From the NCBI GenBank assembly GCA_964016885.1, contig OZ024740.1:403186001-403250000 (forward strand): a stretch of DNA of 64,000 bases. The letters run 5' to 3'. The notes beneath the pieces were generated by a model. The model had not been told where the DNA came from. It saw only the letters and a program-made list of their open reading frames with translations, and made no database searches. Of this stretch, positions 14,422 through 27,493 are shown piece by piece. Position 1 is the stretch's first letter. Each line of letters begins with the position of its first letter. This DNA is from Eledone cirrhosa. Its lineage: Eukaryota. Both the position numbers and the translations under genes were made by a program.

Positions 14422-14748
14422 TCTATATACTACTAAAACTCTGTGATTGTGTGCTTGTCTGTAAATTTCCCCTTATGCGACAAAATGGCGCATAATGGGA
14501 AAATAATTTGAAAGGAAGTTGCTCCTAAAATGGGAATACAAATGGAATAAAACAAGTTTCGCGTAAATCGGAACACAGGGTCCCGAGATACGGGGGTTTT
14601 CCGGGTACCTTCGTAAATGGAAAGTCAGAAAGATAGAGAGAAAGAGATAGTGGCTGTGAGAGAGTAGATTGAAAGATGCCCACAGGCGTATAATTATATA
14701 CACACAAACACACATATAGATATATATATGTATTCACACTAAACACGT

Positions 14749-14808
<60 letters not shown>

Positions 14809-14932
14809 GCCTTCCAATTTAATTTTACATTACATACGTATATTTTAAGTATTTTAAAATTATTTTTAAGTGAACATGATTTTAAAAATACAATTTTAGG
14901 TGAACGTGACCCAACGTTCTAGTTGGGTCTAG
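14422..14932 (+). mobile_element. Non-autonomous Helitron
   Basis: A|TC start (TCTATATACTACTAAAA), 3' hairpin GACCCAAC/GTTGGGTC and CTAG|T end. Confidence 0.7.
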
Positions 14933-15174
14933 TATAATATAAAAGTAACGAAGATCGCTGGCATTAAGTCAACGATCTCCGACCAACGTCTAGCTCACTC
15001 AATGAATCAGCTGAATTGTAGTAATGCAGCTGCAATCAGATGTTCAGCAGATACGGTGGCTGTGTTTTGGTAGAGATAAAAGTAAATACATGCATATATA
15101 TATATTTGTATATATATATATAACGAAGGAAATGTGGCAAGGAACCAGGTGGACCATAACGCACCAATAACGTT

Positions 15175-15217
<43 letters not shown>

Positions 15218-15382
15218 ATGTATGTGTGTGTGTGTGTGTATATACATTCCTATAAGTTTAAGTACTTAAATATATTTTAATATGGCTACGTGATGAGTCT
15301 TCTTACTTTGGAGTTTCACAGGATCCTCAGACAATACAGAATAATAAAATTCATCAGTAGCCATATTAAAGGGCATATTCAA

Positions 15383-15414
<32 letters not shown>

Positions 15415-15437
15415 TATATATATATATATATATATAT

Positions 15438-15620
15438 AATTGTTTCTACGTTAGACACAAGGCCAGCAATTACCCAGTGTATTACTGGTACTTTATTTTA
15501 TCGACCCCGTAAGGATGAAAGGCAAAGTTAACGTCGGCGGGATTTGAACTCAGAATGGCAAGGGCCGTAACTCTATGCGTCAAAGCATGGCGTCCGACCC
15601 TCTACCGATACTGCCAATCC
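15438..15620 (-). mobile_element. tRNA-derived SINE copy (further copies ~30125-30335 -, ~30738-30916 -, ~36249-36435 +, rearranged ~55437-55690 +)
   Basis: Reverse complement of the 11317-11497 unit. Confidence 0.85.
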
Positions 15621-15959
15621 AATGATATGATATGATATAATACACACACACACACATATGTGTGTGTGTGTGTTTTATCCATTTCCAAATTTAATTCACG
15701 AGCTATTAGTTAATATGATGCTTTGGCAGAAAAGATTTTTCCGATTAACAGCCATAGATATTTTCACCGGGGACATAAATTTAAACTTGTGATTTTGCAA
15801 ATGATAATTACTTCTGCTCAGAAAAGAAAAGTAATGTAAATTATTCTACTAATCAATAAAAAATAAACGAGTGATACAAAAAAAAAACAATACTATAGTG
15901 AAATAATTGTGTTAGGTTAAATAGTAAACGTGAATAATTTCTCATTTCAGCCAATCTTC

Positions 15960-16260
15960 TGATTGAACCAGGGAGACATATTCATGTCAGATATTTTGCT
16001 CCAACAAACACAGTTGCATCACCTCTTCAGTCCAGTATCATTAGAATTATATCAATAAAGTTGGCAGTTTCTCTCCCACAGTGAACTTGTGTATATATTG
16101 GCTGCCATAGCAGTAGATTTGAAACCATATTTTCATGATGTCTCACAATGACCTGCCGATCGCAAATTTCGCTGCGCTTCCTTTTCAGTTTACTTTGGCA
16201 GACCATTATAATGTTTTGCATTGGGAGTGGGGCTCTTTTAAGTGATATTAAGAATCATCT
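15960..16260 (-). pseudogene. Highly decayed RTE-like LINE C-terminal fragment
   Basis: RHHENMVSNLLLWQP..GR..NFID resembles RTE-group C-termini. Confidence 0.45.
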
Positions 16261-16852
16261 GTAACATGCGGGAGTATATTCCGTTTCGCTGATTTTCATA
16301 CTTCTGTGTGAGTAATCATAACGATGATATATTTAATACTAAGATACATTTAAGGAGGTGCTAAAAATATTCCCATGTAAATTTTCTATTTATTAACATT
16401 ATTGAAAACACAGACACGGATATAGCTTATGATCTCATCTGAAACTGATGAGTTGCCTTCGGATGACATCAGAGATATGTGCTTGTTTTTTGGATAACTA
16501 ATAAAGGAAGTTATCTGATGACATGTTTGGGCTCAGGAAATACAACACATTAAAAAAGCCCTATGTGTGCAACAATATAATCGTATCATTACACATATAC
16601 AGACTCGCTCGTACATACATACTTGAAACACAGAAAGTTACACACACACCCACTAACAGACACACACGTGTGTGTGAGTGTGAGTATCTATATATATAAA
16701 CAGACATATACACATGTATGTAGGTATATATATGTATATATATGTGTGTGTGTATGAATATATATATACATACACTCACAGATATACACTCACACAGAAA
16801 TGTGCGTTTGTGCGTGAGTGTGTGTGTGAGTGTATATCTGTTAGAGTATATA

Positions 16853-16886
<34 letters not shown>

Positions 16887-16992
16887 TTGAAGAAAGTTGC
16901 TTGATCAAAAATCTGCCAACTTATTCTTAAACAGACGTGAAGCACTCCACGGTTTTTGTTCCGTATGATTTTCTCCGTAAGGTAACGTTGGG

Positions 16993-17031
<39 letters not shown>

Positions 17032-17044
17032 TAAAGTTAGTCCT

Positions 17045-17109
17045 TCATCAGTGATCTTCCAACCTTCATTGGTATTTCATCGCTTTAAAGACCATATACC
17101 TCCGGTTGG
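17045..17109 (-). ncRNA. Non-circularly permuted hammerhead-like motif
   Basis: Minus strand: CCAACC-gga-GGTA-TA-TGGTCTT-taaagcgat-GAAA-TACC-aatgaa-GGTTGG-AAGATCA-CTGATGA. Confidence 0.75.
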
Positions 17110-17762
17110 TGCGAGCAGCGGCTAAAGAAAGTTGTTGGGACACGTAAATAAGGGGAACGAGCGAAACTGTAAACAATCAAAGATGGTAATGCAACGAAAA
17201 GTGAGGAAGAAAGAGTCAAGTCCCAGATTTCCATGATATAAGTTCGGTGAAATCGTGAACGAGAGAGAATAAAGACCATCAAACCTACTCGAAATGTGAG
17301 CAAGGAAGTGAGTGAGTGAGTGAAGGGTGAGGAAGAGGTTAACAGAGAGAGTGACTGTTAGAGAGGGTAAAGGGAGGTCTCACTCTCTGCTACTACCTCT
17401 CCTACTTCCTCCCATTTGACCTGTGCGTAATTCTTTTCTCGTGCACGCTTGACCAGGCTGGTTGTTCCTTTTTTATCTCTTGTCTACGATTTCACAGAAC
17501 TTATGTTCACCGAATTCAGGGACTAGACTCCTTCTTCCGCCCGTTTGACCTGTGCGGAATTCCTTCCTTGCTCACATTTCAACCAGGTTTGATGGTCTTT
17601 ATTCTCTCTCGTTCACGATTTCACCGAACTTATATTCATGGAAATCTGGGACTTGACTCTTTCTTCCTCACTTTTCGTTGCATTACCATCTTTGATTGTT
17701 TACAGTCTCGCTCGTTCCCCTTATTTACGTGTCCCAACAACTTTCTTTAGCCGTTACTCGCA

Positions 17763-17827
17763 CCAACCGGAGGTATATGGTCTTTAAAGAGATGAAATAC
17801 CAATGAAGGTTGGAAGATCACTGATGA
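17763..17827 (+). ncRNA. Non-circularly permuted hammerhead-like motif
   Basis: GGTA(17772-75)/TACC(17798-801) = stem III; AUA triplet; TGGTCTT(17778-84)/AAGATCA(17814-20) = stem I; GAAA 17794-97; CTGATGA 17821-27. Confidence 0.78.
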
Positions 17828-17886
17828 AGGACTAACTTTATTCATATGTAACCAATTTTCAACCACGCAGCACGTTTGTTTTCATA

Positions 17887-17926
<40 letters not shown>

Positions 17927-17997
17927 TAATGGTAGCTAAGATAATTCCATAGGCGGTATGCCGGTTGAGCACTCTATGCTCCTACAGAGCAGAGTAT

Positions 17998-18309
17998 GAT
18001 AGAATGGAAAACGAAAAATCAGTGATGCATCGGAACTCAATTTATTGCGTATTGCAATTGTTTGAACGGCGAACAGCTTGAGGTGAGATCTGTGTGTCGA
18101 TCTACCTGACTCTGGATTCACAGGCTCCTCGGATACGTCTATTGATTTCGGAGCAGATCCTCATTCTAAATCAATAGACGTATCTGAGGGACCTGTGAAT
18201 CCAGAGTCAGGTCGATCCACACACAGATCGCACCTCGAGCTGTTCGCCGGGGAAACAATTGTAACACACAATAAATTGAGTTCTGATGTATCACTGATTT
18301 TTCGTTTTC

Positions 18310-18316
<7 letters not shown>
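17998..18316. mobile_element. Palindromic element with two decayed hammerheads related to 8553-8646
   Basis: ~150-bp inverted arms; arm consensus CGTAT-CTGAGGA..GAAA-CAATTG-TA-ATACG, each arm with different core mutations. Confidence 0.7.
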
Positions 18317-18396
<80 letters not shown>

Positions 18397-18555
18397 TCGG
18401 TGCTCTGAAATAGCGATGTATATATAGTGTATATATAGTGTATATAGTGTATTTGGTAATACACTGTATGCTTAATTAAAAGCATTTTGAAGACCTTACG
18501 CTATTATTTTAAAGTAGTGACTATGTCACTTCTTTTTTCAACAAACAAAGGGAGA

Positions 18556-18603
18556 TAAGCTGACAGATCTCTGTTTCATACTGTTGGTATTCCTCAGAGC
18601 TTA
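18556..18603 (-). ncRNA. Canonical type I hammerhead ribozyme
   Basis: Minus strand: TAAGCT-CTGAGGA-ATACcaacaGTAT-GAAA-CAGAgaTCTG-TC-AGCTTA; GUC triplet; stem I extends (aaagggag/ctcccttt). Confidence 0.93.
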
Positions 18604-19481
18604 GCACTCCCTTTATTTATTGGTTGAAAATGATGAATGTTGAAAATTATGAATGTTGGATTCTTAAATGCTTTTAATTAAGCATACAGTGTATTACCAA
18701 ATATACTATATATATATATATAATATAAAGGTAAAGACCACTTCGGTCACGAATGACCATGGAATTTGCAGCTAAGATGTTCTCCACCAAGGCACAAGTC
18801 GGGGCAAGACTGTTTGTAGAAACCAGCAGTAATCCATGCATACTGGTCTCCCCTTTCCACGCCACCAATGTTGCCCAAGCTGAAAGTCTATGGCTGATAC
18901 AGCTTGTAACCAGTCACGTTACAACTTATTTTGACAACTAAGTTAATTGGAGCAACTTGAAAAATAAAGTCGAACAACCTCATGATTGCAAAACTAACGC
19001 TCTAACCACTAGACCATGCACCTTCACATACACACATGTATGTATGAATGTATGAATGTATGTATGTATCTATGTATGTATATATATATATAAAAACATA
19101 TAAATGCATATTATTTTGAGATTATTTCGGTAGGGCAGTTACAAAGAGAAGCGATAGGGTGGCCGAGAGTATCGGGTTTATGTATCTTGGGAGGGAGGAG
19201 TAGATGGTGAATATTAAAGACCCCCCCCCCCCGCAAGAATATAAAAGACGAGAGGGGGCATTCATATATTCTAGAGATCCTGCATCCGAAGAGGGCACCG
19301 AGACCGGTTATGCTATAAACAGATCACCCTTTCATACACGTTCGAGTAACATACAATGATGAGAAACCCACCGAAGCCATATTTGTTTCCTTAGAGTTGC
19401 ATGGAATAAGATAGAGCTTGGTGTGGGTGGAAATGTCAGGTAGCGCACATATTTGAGTATATTGATTGATACCAAACTACA

Positions 19482-19684
19482 AGAAGATGATGATGATGAT
19501 GATGATGTTGATGATGATGATGATGATGAAGATGATGATGATGATGTTGATGATGATGATGTTGATGATGATGATGATGATGATGTTGATGATGATGATG
19601 AGGATTACGACAACGATATTGAGTTTTGATGAGTATACTACTACTACTACTACCAATACTACCACTACTACTACTACCTCCATC

Positions 19685-19725
<41 letters not shown>

Positions 19726-19962
19726 CACTACTACTAGTACCTCCATCACTACTACTACCACCACCACTACTACTACCACCACCACTACTACTACCACCAC
19801 CACTACTACTACCACCACTACTACTACTACTACCACTACTACTACTACTACTACTACCACTACCACTACTATTACTACTAGTACAACTACTACTACTACC
19901 ACTACTGCTGCTGCTACTACCACCACCACCACCACTACTACTACCACTACTGCTGCTGTTAC

Positions 19963-20007
<45 letters not shown>

Positions 20008-20150
20008 AACTACTACTACTACTACTACCACTACCACTACTATTACTACTACTACCACTACTACTACCACTACCACTACTACTACCACTACTACTACTAG
20101 TACTACTACTACTACTGCTGCTGCTACTACTACTACCACCACCACCACCG

Positions 20151-20181
<31 letters not shown>

Positions 20182-20197
20182 CACTACTACTATTACC

Positions 20198-20253
<56 letters not shown>

Positions 20254-20276
20254 CACTACTACTACTACTACCACTC

Positions 20277-20307
<31 letters not shown>

Positions 20308-20582
20308 CACTACCACTACCACTACTACTCCTCCTACTACTATTACTACTACTACCACTACTACTACCACTACTGCTGCTGCTGCTACTACTACTACTAC
20401 CACCACGACTACTACTACTACCACTACTGCTGCTGTTACTACTACTACTACTACTACTACCAGCACTACTACTTCCACTACTATACTACTACTACTACTA
20501 CTACCACCACTACTACTACTACTACTACTTCTACTACTACTACCACCACTCTACCATTACTACTACTACAGCTGCTGCTGCA
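19482..20582. repeat. Compound trinucleotide microsatellite (GAT)n then (TAC/CAC/TGC)n
   Basis: Direct reading; explains the poly-M/T/V/L ORFs. Confidence 0.97.
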
Positions 20583-21789
20583 CCGTCGCCATATTGAAAA
20601 TCATCATGATCATCACTTCATTAAGGCCCCCCTTATATTGTCTCTCGTATTATTGTTTGAAATAGTTCTCTTACCTTCGGTTTCTCAAGTTCTGTAGAGA
20701 GTTGTGTGTTTACGAATTAGTCAATAACGAGTATAGGTTTATTACGTACACTTGCGTATTGTTTTAACTAAAACAATAGCCATCACAGCAAGAAGAACAA
20801 CAGCAATAAATATACACCTTATACAAATACAACTGATCAGCCTCAACTTTTTAGGAGCTGCAGTCACAGCAACATCTACAGCAATAACAGTAACAGCAAT
20901 AGAGTTGCAGATCAAATATATATAGAGAGAAAGAACAGCAAATCTCTCACGCTTGAATCATTAAATCAACATTTGATGATGAAATTGGTATACCAAGTGA
21001 TATATACAGAAAACACAGCCGAGAAAATATACAATAGAATATAATATATAATAATGCAATATAATACAATATAATACAATATAATGTATAATACCGACGT
21101 AGAGTTAAAAATTGTATACATTGGCTTCTTCTATGACTTATATGTGTGTGTAGTATGTTTATATTTGTGCAATGTATTGATTACTGTGTCTTTATACAGT
21201 ATTTGTTGGTTAGAAACCACAACGGTTTTACCTGTTTATCAATATATATTTCCCTATTATATCCATACACTGTTTTTCGTTAAGACAAAAGAAAAAAAAG
21301 CTGATCCGTATTTTGGTACAACCATTGCATACCTTTCCGATAAATATGGTTTATCAATCGATGTGGTTAGGTGATTGTTTGGGTCTTTGTTTCGTTTAAA
21401 AAACATTCTCGTATTTATTTTATTTACATTTTTTGTTCATATTTCTATTCGATTTCTTTTGCATGAAATGCACACATGTGAAATTGTATATATGTGTGAC
21501 TCTCTCTATCTCTATCTCTCTCTCTCTCTATCTCTCTATCTATCTATCTATCCATCTATCTATCTCTCTATCAGACGTGTGTAACTTCGCGGAGAAGTTT
21601 CCGTTAATTTATGTAAGAAAAAAACGTGAGTTTTTAGTTAAATTTTATATCATTGTGTAACTTGACCCCCCGTCTGGACCTTCAGGTGGTGGATCAACTC
21701 ATTTTCGCCCCTACAGGGGCGGAATATCCATTTAAAAATTTTTTCTCCATCGAATCTTGGAAAAAATATTGTAAAATTTTGATTACGTT

Positions 21790-23687
21790 ATGAAGGCTGC
21801 GTCCAACGATAATGGTGGTGGAGAGGCGGTAAGACTACAAAGCTCGCAGTCAACAACGTCTTCTTCACTAGATACTATAGAGATGGAAAGACGAAATGAA
21901 AATGTAAAAACGAATTCATATCCAAACAACACAAATGACACCAAACAGTTCAATGACAACAAAAATAACAGCAACACCAATAATGATGATAAAAGCAACA
22001 ATGATAACAACAACAAAGAAAAAAATAAAGACAACACCAATAACACCAGCATCAAAGACAACAACAACACCAAGGAAAATACGAACAATACCAACATCGG
22101 TGACAACAAGAATAACAACAACAATAACAACAATAATGACAACACCAACAACACGGATTCCACAAAGAAACCAAAATCTCCTTTGCAGAGAAAGTTCAAA
22201 AAAGGAAGAATTGATATATCTCGACATAACAAATGCTGAACAACTTTTAAAGGACGCTAGGAGATATGTCAGTTTCGAAAAAAATGGTGCTTTCAGCATC
22301 AATTCTCCGGTAGAAATTCGCAAGGAAACTGCTCTCAAAACGATAGTTTTTAGGACAGTTTCCAATTCTACCCGAAAACCAGTCCAATTGTCACAGAAAG
22401 AAATTGACTGGTTTTCAAAAATTCAATGAATGATATTGCATTCATTCAAAGAAGCAAACTTTTTGGGAGTATTTCGGTACTCATGAAGGATCAATTGACG
22501 GCCCAAAATTACTCTGTGTCGCCAATTGTATCCAACCTGTACACCTTTTTCCCTACATACATGGTAAAAAGGACACAAAAGATCAGAATCACGAGTGTCA
22601 CACCAAAGGTGAACATATGGTGGATACTGTGCGGCTTCATCAATTTTGATGAAGACAGAATACTGTCAGTAGGCAAGTCCCCCAGAGATGTATTCAATGG
22701 GACTAGCATTGAAGCCCAGAGCGAATAGCTATGATCCCACAACGTGTACTCCTGGACGGACTCACCTACATAAACTTTTCGGTTAAGGGTAGGAGGCCTT
22801 CATGTTACCATTGCTTTAGCAGGGGTCACCTGAGGGCTTCCTGTCCTAAATTAATGAATAAAAAAAAGGCTCTTCTGCCGACACCCATTAAAACAACACA
22901 ACCACCAACACCACCACAACAACAACAACACCAACACACAAAAATAACCACAACAAACACAGTCCCACCCAACCCCACTCCACCTAAAACCACTGCAAAA
23001 TCACATACAGACACAACAGCTCCCCAAGACATACCCCTCCCCAATCACACAGACGATACAACAGATGAGGCTATCTCGCCATCACCCAGTGAAGACGAGG
23101 GAGAACCCCATCGCTCGAAAAGAAAGAAAAGACATCACAAAAGCAAAAAAACAGCAAACACTACCACAAACATACAACCACCAACACAAACAACAAAAAC
23201 ATCACAAACAAAACCCCCACCTCCTGAAAACAAAATACCTACAACAAAACGAAAGCACACACAAGAACTACAGACAAAAACAAACACAACACAAGAAAAT
23301 TACACTTACACTTACATAAACACTGAAAACAAAACACTAATGGAGACCATCACGAACGACCCTTCGGTGAAAACCGAAGGGAAAACTTTCGCCCACTCTA
23401 TTAAAAATAGCAAAAAACTGAACCTAAAACTGATTAGGGTCCCTATACAAACTTATAGGTCCCTAAAAGAAACATTTGAGAAGGATGTGGGGAATTCCTG
23501 CGTGAAACCACTCAACCGCGTCCTTCTCAAATGTCGCCCCACCCCAGACACCCCCACCCCACCAGACCCCACCCCACCAAACATCTCCGTCCCCACCCCG
23601 CCGGAAACCACCACCCATCCAGACAACCCATCCAACACCCTCATGGAAATCGTGCGGCCTGGTCCCCAGGAGATGAAGGGTGAGTGA
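21790..23687 (+). pseudogene. Tx1 family A ORF1 (frameshifted), zinc knuckle plus Pro/Thr-rich tail
   Basis: Split over several frames; CYHCFSRGHLRASC CCHC knuckle; homologous to 53475-51605. Confidence 0.85.
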
Positions 23688-23720
23688 TCTCTTTTCCTCT
23701 TTTAACTTTTCAGTACCAAC

Positions 23721-26700
23721 ATGGCCAATATAAGAGTTGGATGTGTGAACGTACGCGGCCTGGGGATGCCCTGGAAACAGGGCAAACTCTTAAACGACCT
23801 CAGGTCGCACAGTATGGATGTGGTAGCCATTTGCGAGTCCAGGATCCACAGCGAGCGACAGCTGGCTCCCATCTTCGATGACTTTGAGATCTACGCATCT
23901 CTCTGTCAACCGGGGGGTGGGGGAGGAGTTGCCGTTTTGCTGCAGAAACACCTGGGCCTCGTAACGCAGACGGTACATCTGGACCCGGAGGGTCGACTGG
24001 TGGTCCTAGACGTTGACGGTAGTGAAGGTGGAGCCTTCAGGCTGGTGGCCGCATATGCCCCATCCGGGACACCGCGGCCAGACTTCTTCAAACGTCTAGA
24101 GACTTTTCTGGGAACGTCCCGCTCCTTGCTTTTAGTGGGGGACTGGAATGGAATCCTAGATGCACGTTGGGACTATGTGGGAGCATGTCCCGATAAAGGG
24201 GGGGGGTGTAACAGCCTCAAACAGTTAATCGACCGATTTGACCTGGCCGATAGATATCGACTAGATTTTCCGACTGCGCCACTGTGGACGTGGAGTAATC
24301 GTAGCGGAACATCTAGATCGTACCTAGATAGGGTTCTAGTTAGAAATAAGGATAGGGACATATTAAGCTGTCCACAAATGTTCATGGTTGCCTATTCAGA
24401 TCACAAACTAGCGACCTGCATGGCCAACCTTGATAGAACCCATAGACAAGGACCCGGCTACTGGAAGCTGAACTTGTCGTTACCGACAAGCAAAGCCTAC
24501 AGTAGACGGATTAGCACTTTAGTTAAGGAGAACTTGACAGGGGCCATTGTCAACAACAGATGGTGGTACTCTCTGAAGAGGGCAGTTAAATTAGACTCGA
24601 TAGTTTTTAGTAAAGAATTAGCGTTAGATAGAAATAGAACCGAGAAGGAACTGGTAGATAAAGTAGAAGAGGCAATGAGAAGTGGCAACGTAGCCAGCGT
24701 GCTAGCAACGAGAACGGCCTTGGGCCAGTTCTTCGACGCAAAGCACGAGGGCTGCGTTGTCAGAAGCAAAATACGTGCTCTGGGAAACGAGGGAGCCAAA
24801 GCTGTTAGCTGGGCCCGAGTGACGGAGGCAAAAAGTGGGAACAAGTCGACGATTCGGTCTTTGAAGGACCAAAACGGACGCGTGATACGTGAGCCGAAGC
24901 AGATGTGTGCGGCTTTTCGGCGGCACTTTTCTCAGCTGTTCGGGGGGGAGAGGCTATGGATTTCGGTCCATACCTCGACGGCCTACCGCGACTCTCGGAC
25001 AGCGAGGCAAAGTTCTGCGAAAAGCCGATTTCAGCCACTGAGATAGGGGACGCGCTGAGCCAATGCGGCAAACGTAAAACTCCAGGTCTCGACGGTCTAC
25101 CCTACGAATTTTACGTAGCAATGCCGGACTTATTCTCCGGTCTCCTGGAAGCGGTCTACTGCAACTGGCCAGTTCTGTAACCGGGGGCGTGGTCACACTA
25201 ATCAGGAAGGACGAGAATAAGGGGGATGACATAGGCAACTTCCGGCCCATAACTCTGCTAAACACAGAGTTACAGATTTTGGCCAAGGTGTTGGCAAAGA
25301 GGCTGGCGCTTGTCGTCGAGAACCTGGTTGGAGAAGCGCAGACATGCGCAATCCCGACCAGGTCCATACACGACAACCTCCACCTCATGCGATACATCAT
25401 AGAGAGGGTAGGGTGTAAACCCGGCTTTAGTGGGGCCCTGATCAACTTGGATCAGTCTAAGGCTTTCGATAGGGTTGACCATCGTTACCTGGATGCGGTG
25501 CTCGAGGCGGCAGGCTTCGGACCCGTGTCAGGGGCTGGATTGCTGCAATGCACAACAGCAACATCTGCTCAAGGGTCAAGGTGAACGGCTACCTCTCGGA
25601 ACGTTCCATATTACGCGATCCATTCGACAGGGATGCCCTCTCTCCTCCCTTCTGTACGTACTGACTCTCAAGCCACTACTGCGGAAGCTGGAGCTATTGC
25701 AGGGCATCCCTCTGGAACCGGGACTGCGGAAAGCGGTGTCGGCCTACGCCGACGACGTGACAGTAATGGTGTCGAGCGCCTCGCAAATCGAGGAAGTCGG
25801 CACCTTACTGAAGGAATACGAAAGTCTCACAGGAGTGAAGCTGAACCGGGGCAAGTCCATCGGTTTGCAACTCGGATCGTGGAGAGGCAAACCGATGCCT
25901 TCCGATGGCGTCGTCGGACGCTGGACGGAAGGACCGGTAAAGCTGCTCGAGGTCTGGTTTTGTCCGGACCTCCAGGTGGAGAAGAACTGGAACGAAGTGA
26001 CGGCCAAGGTGTTTGCACTCACCCAGAAGTGGGCGGAGTGCAAACTATCCTTGAAAGATCGAGCGGAGGTGGCGAACACTTTTATAGCGTCCGCCATCTA
26101 CTACCGCTTGACCGTCGTGCTTTGTCTAGCCAAAACGCTCGCCAAAATTGAGCGCGCGCTCTTCCAATTCCTTTGGAAGAGGCGGGCTACTTTGGTGAGA
26201 AGATCCATCTGCTGCCAACACCCTTCTAACGGAGGGCTGGGGATGCCGTGGTTGACGATGCGCAAACACGCGCTGAGGCTGCGGCATCTCTACGTATTCC
26301 TCACCGGACAACTGGTGTGGGCCCCGTTCGTGAGGCGAGCCTTCCCACGACTCGTCTCGCTGACCGAGCTGCAGTCCTGGGTCAAGCAAAGACCGAGGAA
26401 AATGGGCGACTGGCACATCGAATGTGCTCAGGCGCTCACAGCCCTCTGGCAGGGGGACCCGGCGATCAGTGGAGGCTCCACTTCGTCATTCTATAGAAGG
26501 TTGGTCCGCAGCAAGTGCGACGACGCGCTCGGTGAAACTCTAGGCGTAGAGGAAGATGAACTGGCCAGTCTGTTCGGTAGGACTTTCCGCCCGGGACCGA
26601 TGGACAACTTCCAAAAGTGCCTGGCCTGGCAGTGCTACCGAGGAGCTCTACCAGTTCGAGACAATCTCTACAGACATGGGCGCCCGGGCAGGGACCCTGC

Positions 26701-27127
26701 AAAAAAGATCTGTCCGAGGTGCGTGCGAGACGAAGAAACCGTCGCGCACACATTCATACAGTGCCCGGGCGTCACTGACCTGTGAGGCTATGTAGAACGA
26801 CTATTGTGGCGGGTGGGACCAATCCGGTTGACCACCGAGTCCATTGTCATGATCAAACCGCCACCCTCCTTCAAAAACGAAGGAGAGGCGGTTTTCCTTT
26901 GTGTGATAGCTATGGCGAAAGAGGTTGTATGGTGGACAAGGTTGAAAGGGCTGAGGTCAGACACCTTTCTCTCCGGCCAACAACTGATTCTTTTTTTCAA
27001 ATACCACTTTGGAAGAAGAATCAGGATGGAGAGAGAGGTGCTGTACCCCAGCAAGTTTTATGAAAGGTGGGTGAAAGTGGCGAGAATGGCCCGAGTGAAT
27101 GGGCCTTCTCTCTATATCAGCCTGTAG
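23721..27127 (+). pseudogene. Tx1 family A ORF2: APE endonuclease, reverse transcriptase, C-terminal Cys motif
   Basis: NVRGL, GDWN, SYLDR, SDH, GPGYWKLN, FRPITLLN, KAFDRV, RQGCPLS, AYADD, CPRC..ETVAH..C; frameshifts, a deletion near 25170 and a stop at 26785. Confidence 0.95.
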
Positions 27128-27443
27128 GTTGAGGAAAAGGGGGAGGAGAGGAAGGGAGTACAAACTCTTCGTACTCCTGGAGATGAGGGTTGCACATTTT
27201 TTCGGGGGTATGTGTTACCCATATAAACTGTCTCCCTCTATTGGGGAAAATCGACTAACTTTTTAAATTGCATTTGTGATAACATTTTACACGTTTTTAT
27301 TGTATGTAAACTTCCCCCTTTGTATTTGTCCCCTTGTTTTGTGCCCCTGTGGCTAATAAAGAAATATATCTATCTATCTATCTATCTCACCCTCTCCTTC
27401 TCTCTCTCACTCACTCACGCTCTCACTCTCACTCTCTCTCTCT

Positions 27444-27493
<50 letters not shown>

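Larger units (their letters stand above)
17029..17890. mobile_element. Head-to-head pair of the permuted-HHR element between (TA)n tracts
   Basis: 17029-17306 is the reverse complement of ~17564-17845; internal ~130-bp tandem duplication (17410-17540 vs 17540-17670). Confidence 0.85.
21573..27366 (+). mobile_element. Near full-length L1/Tx1-clade LINE, family A
   Basis: 5'UTR, ORF1, APE-RT-Zn ORF2, 3'UTR with AATAAA; (TATC)n on both flanks. Confidence 0.95.

Noticed and set aside
19466-20665. 399-aa poly-Met/poly-Thr mucin-like ORF and overlapping poly-V/L ORFs
   Set aside because: Pure trinucleotide microsatellite open in several frames; no splice or domain evidence
23680-23713. 34-nt mini-intron fusing Tx1 ORF1 to ORF2
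   Set aside because: Very short, and splicing does not put ORF2 in frame in either family
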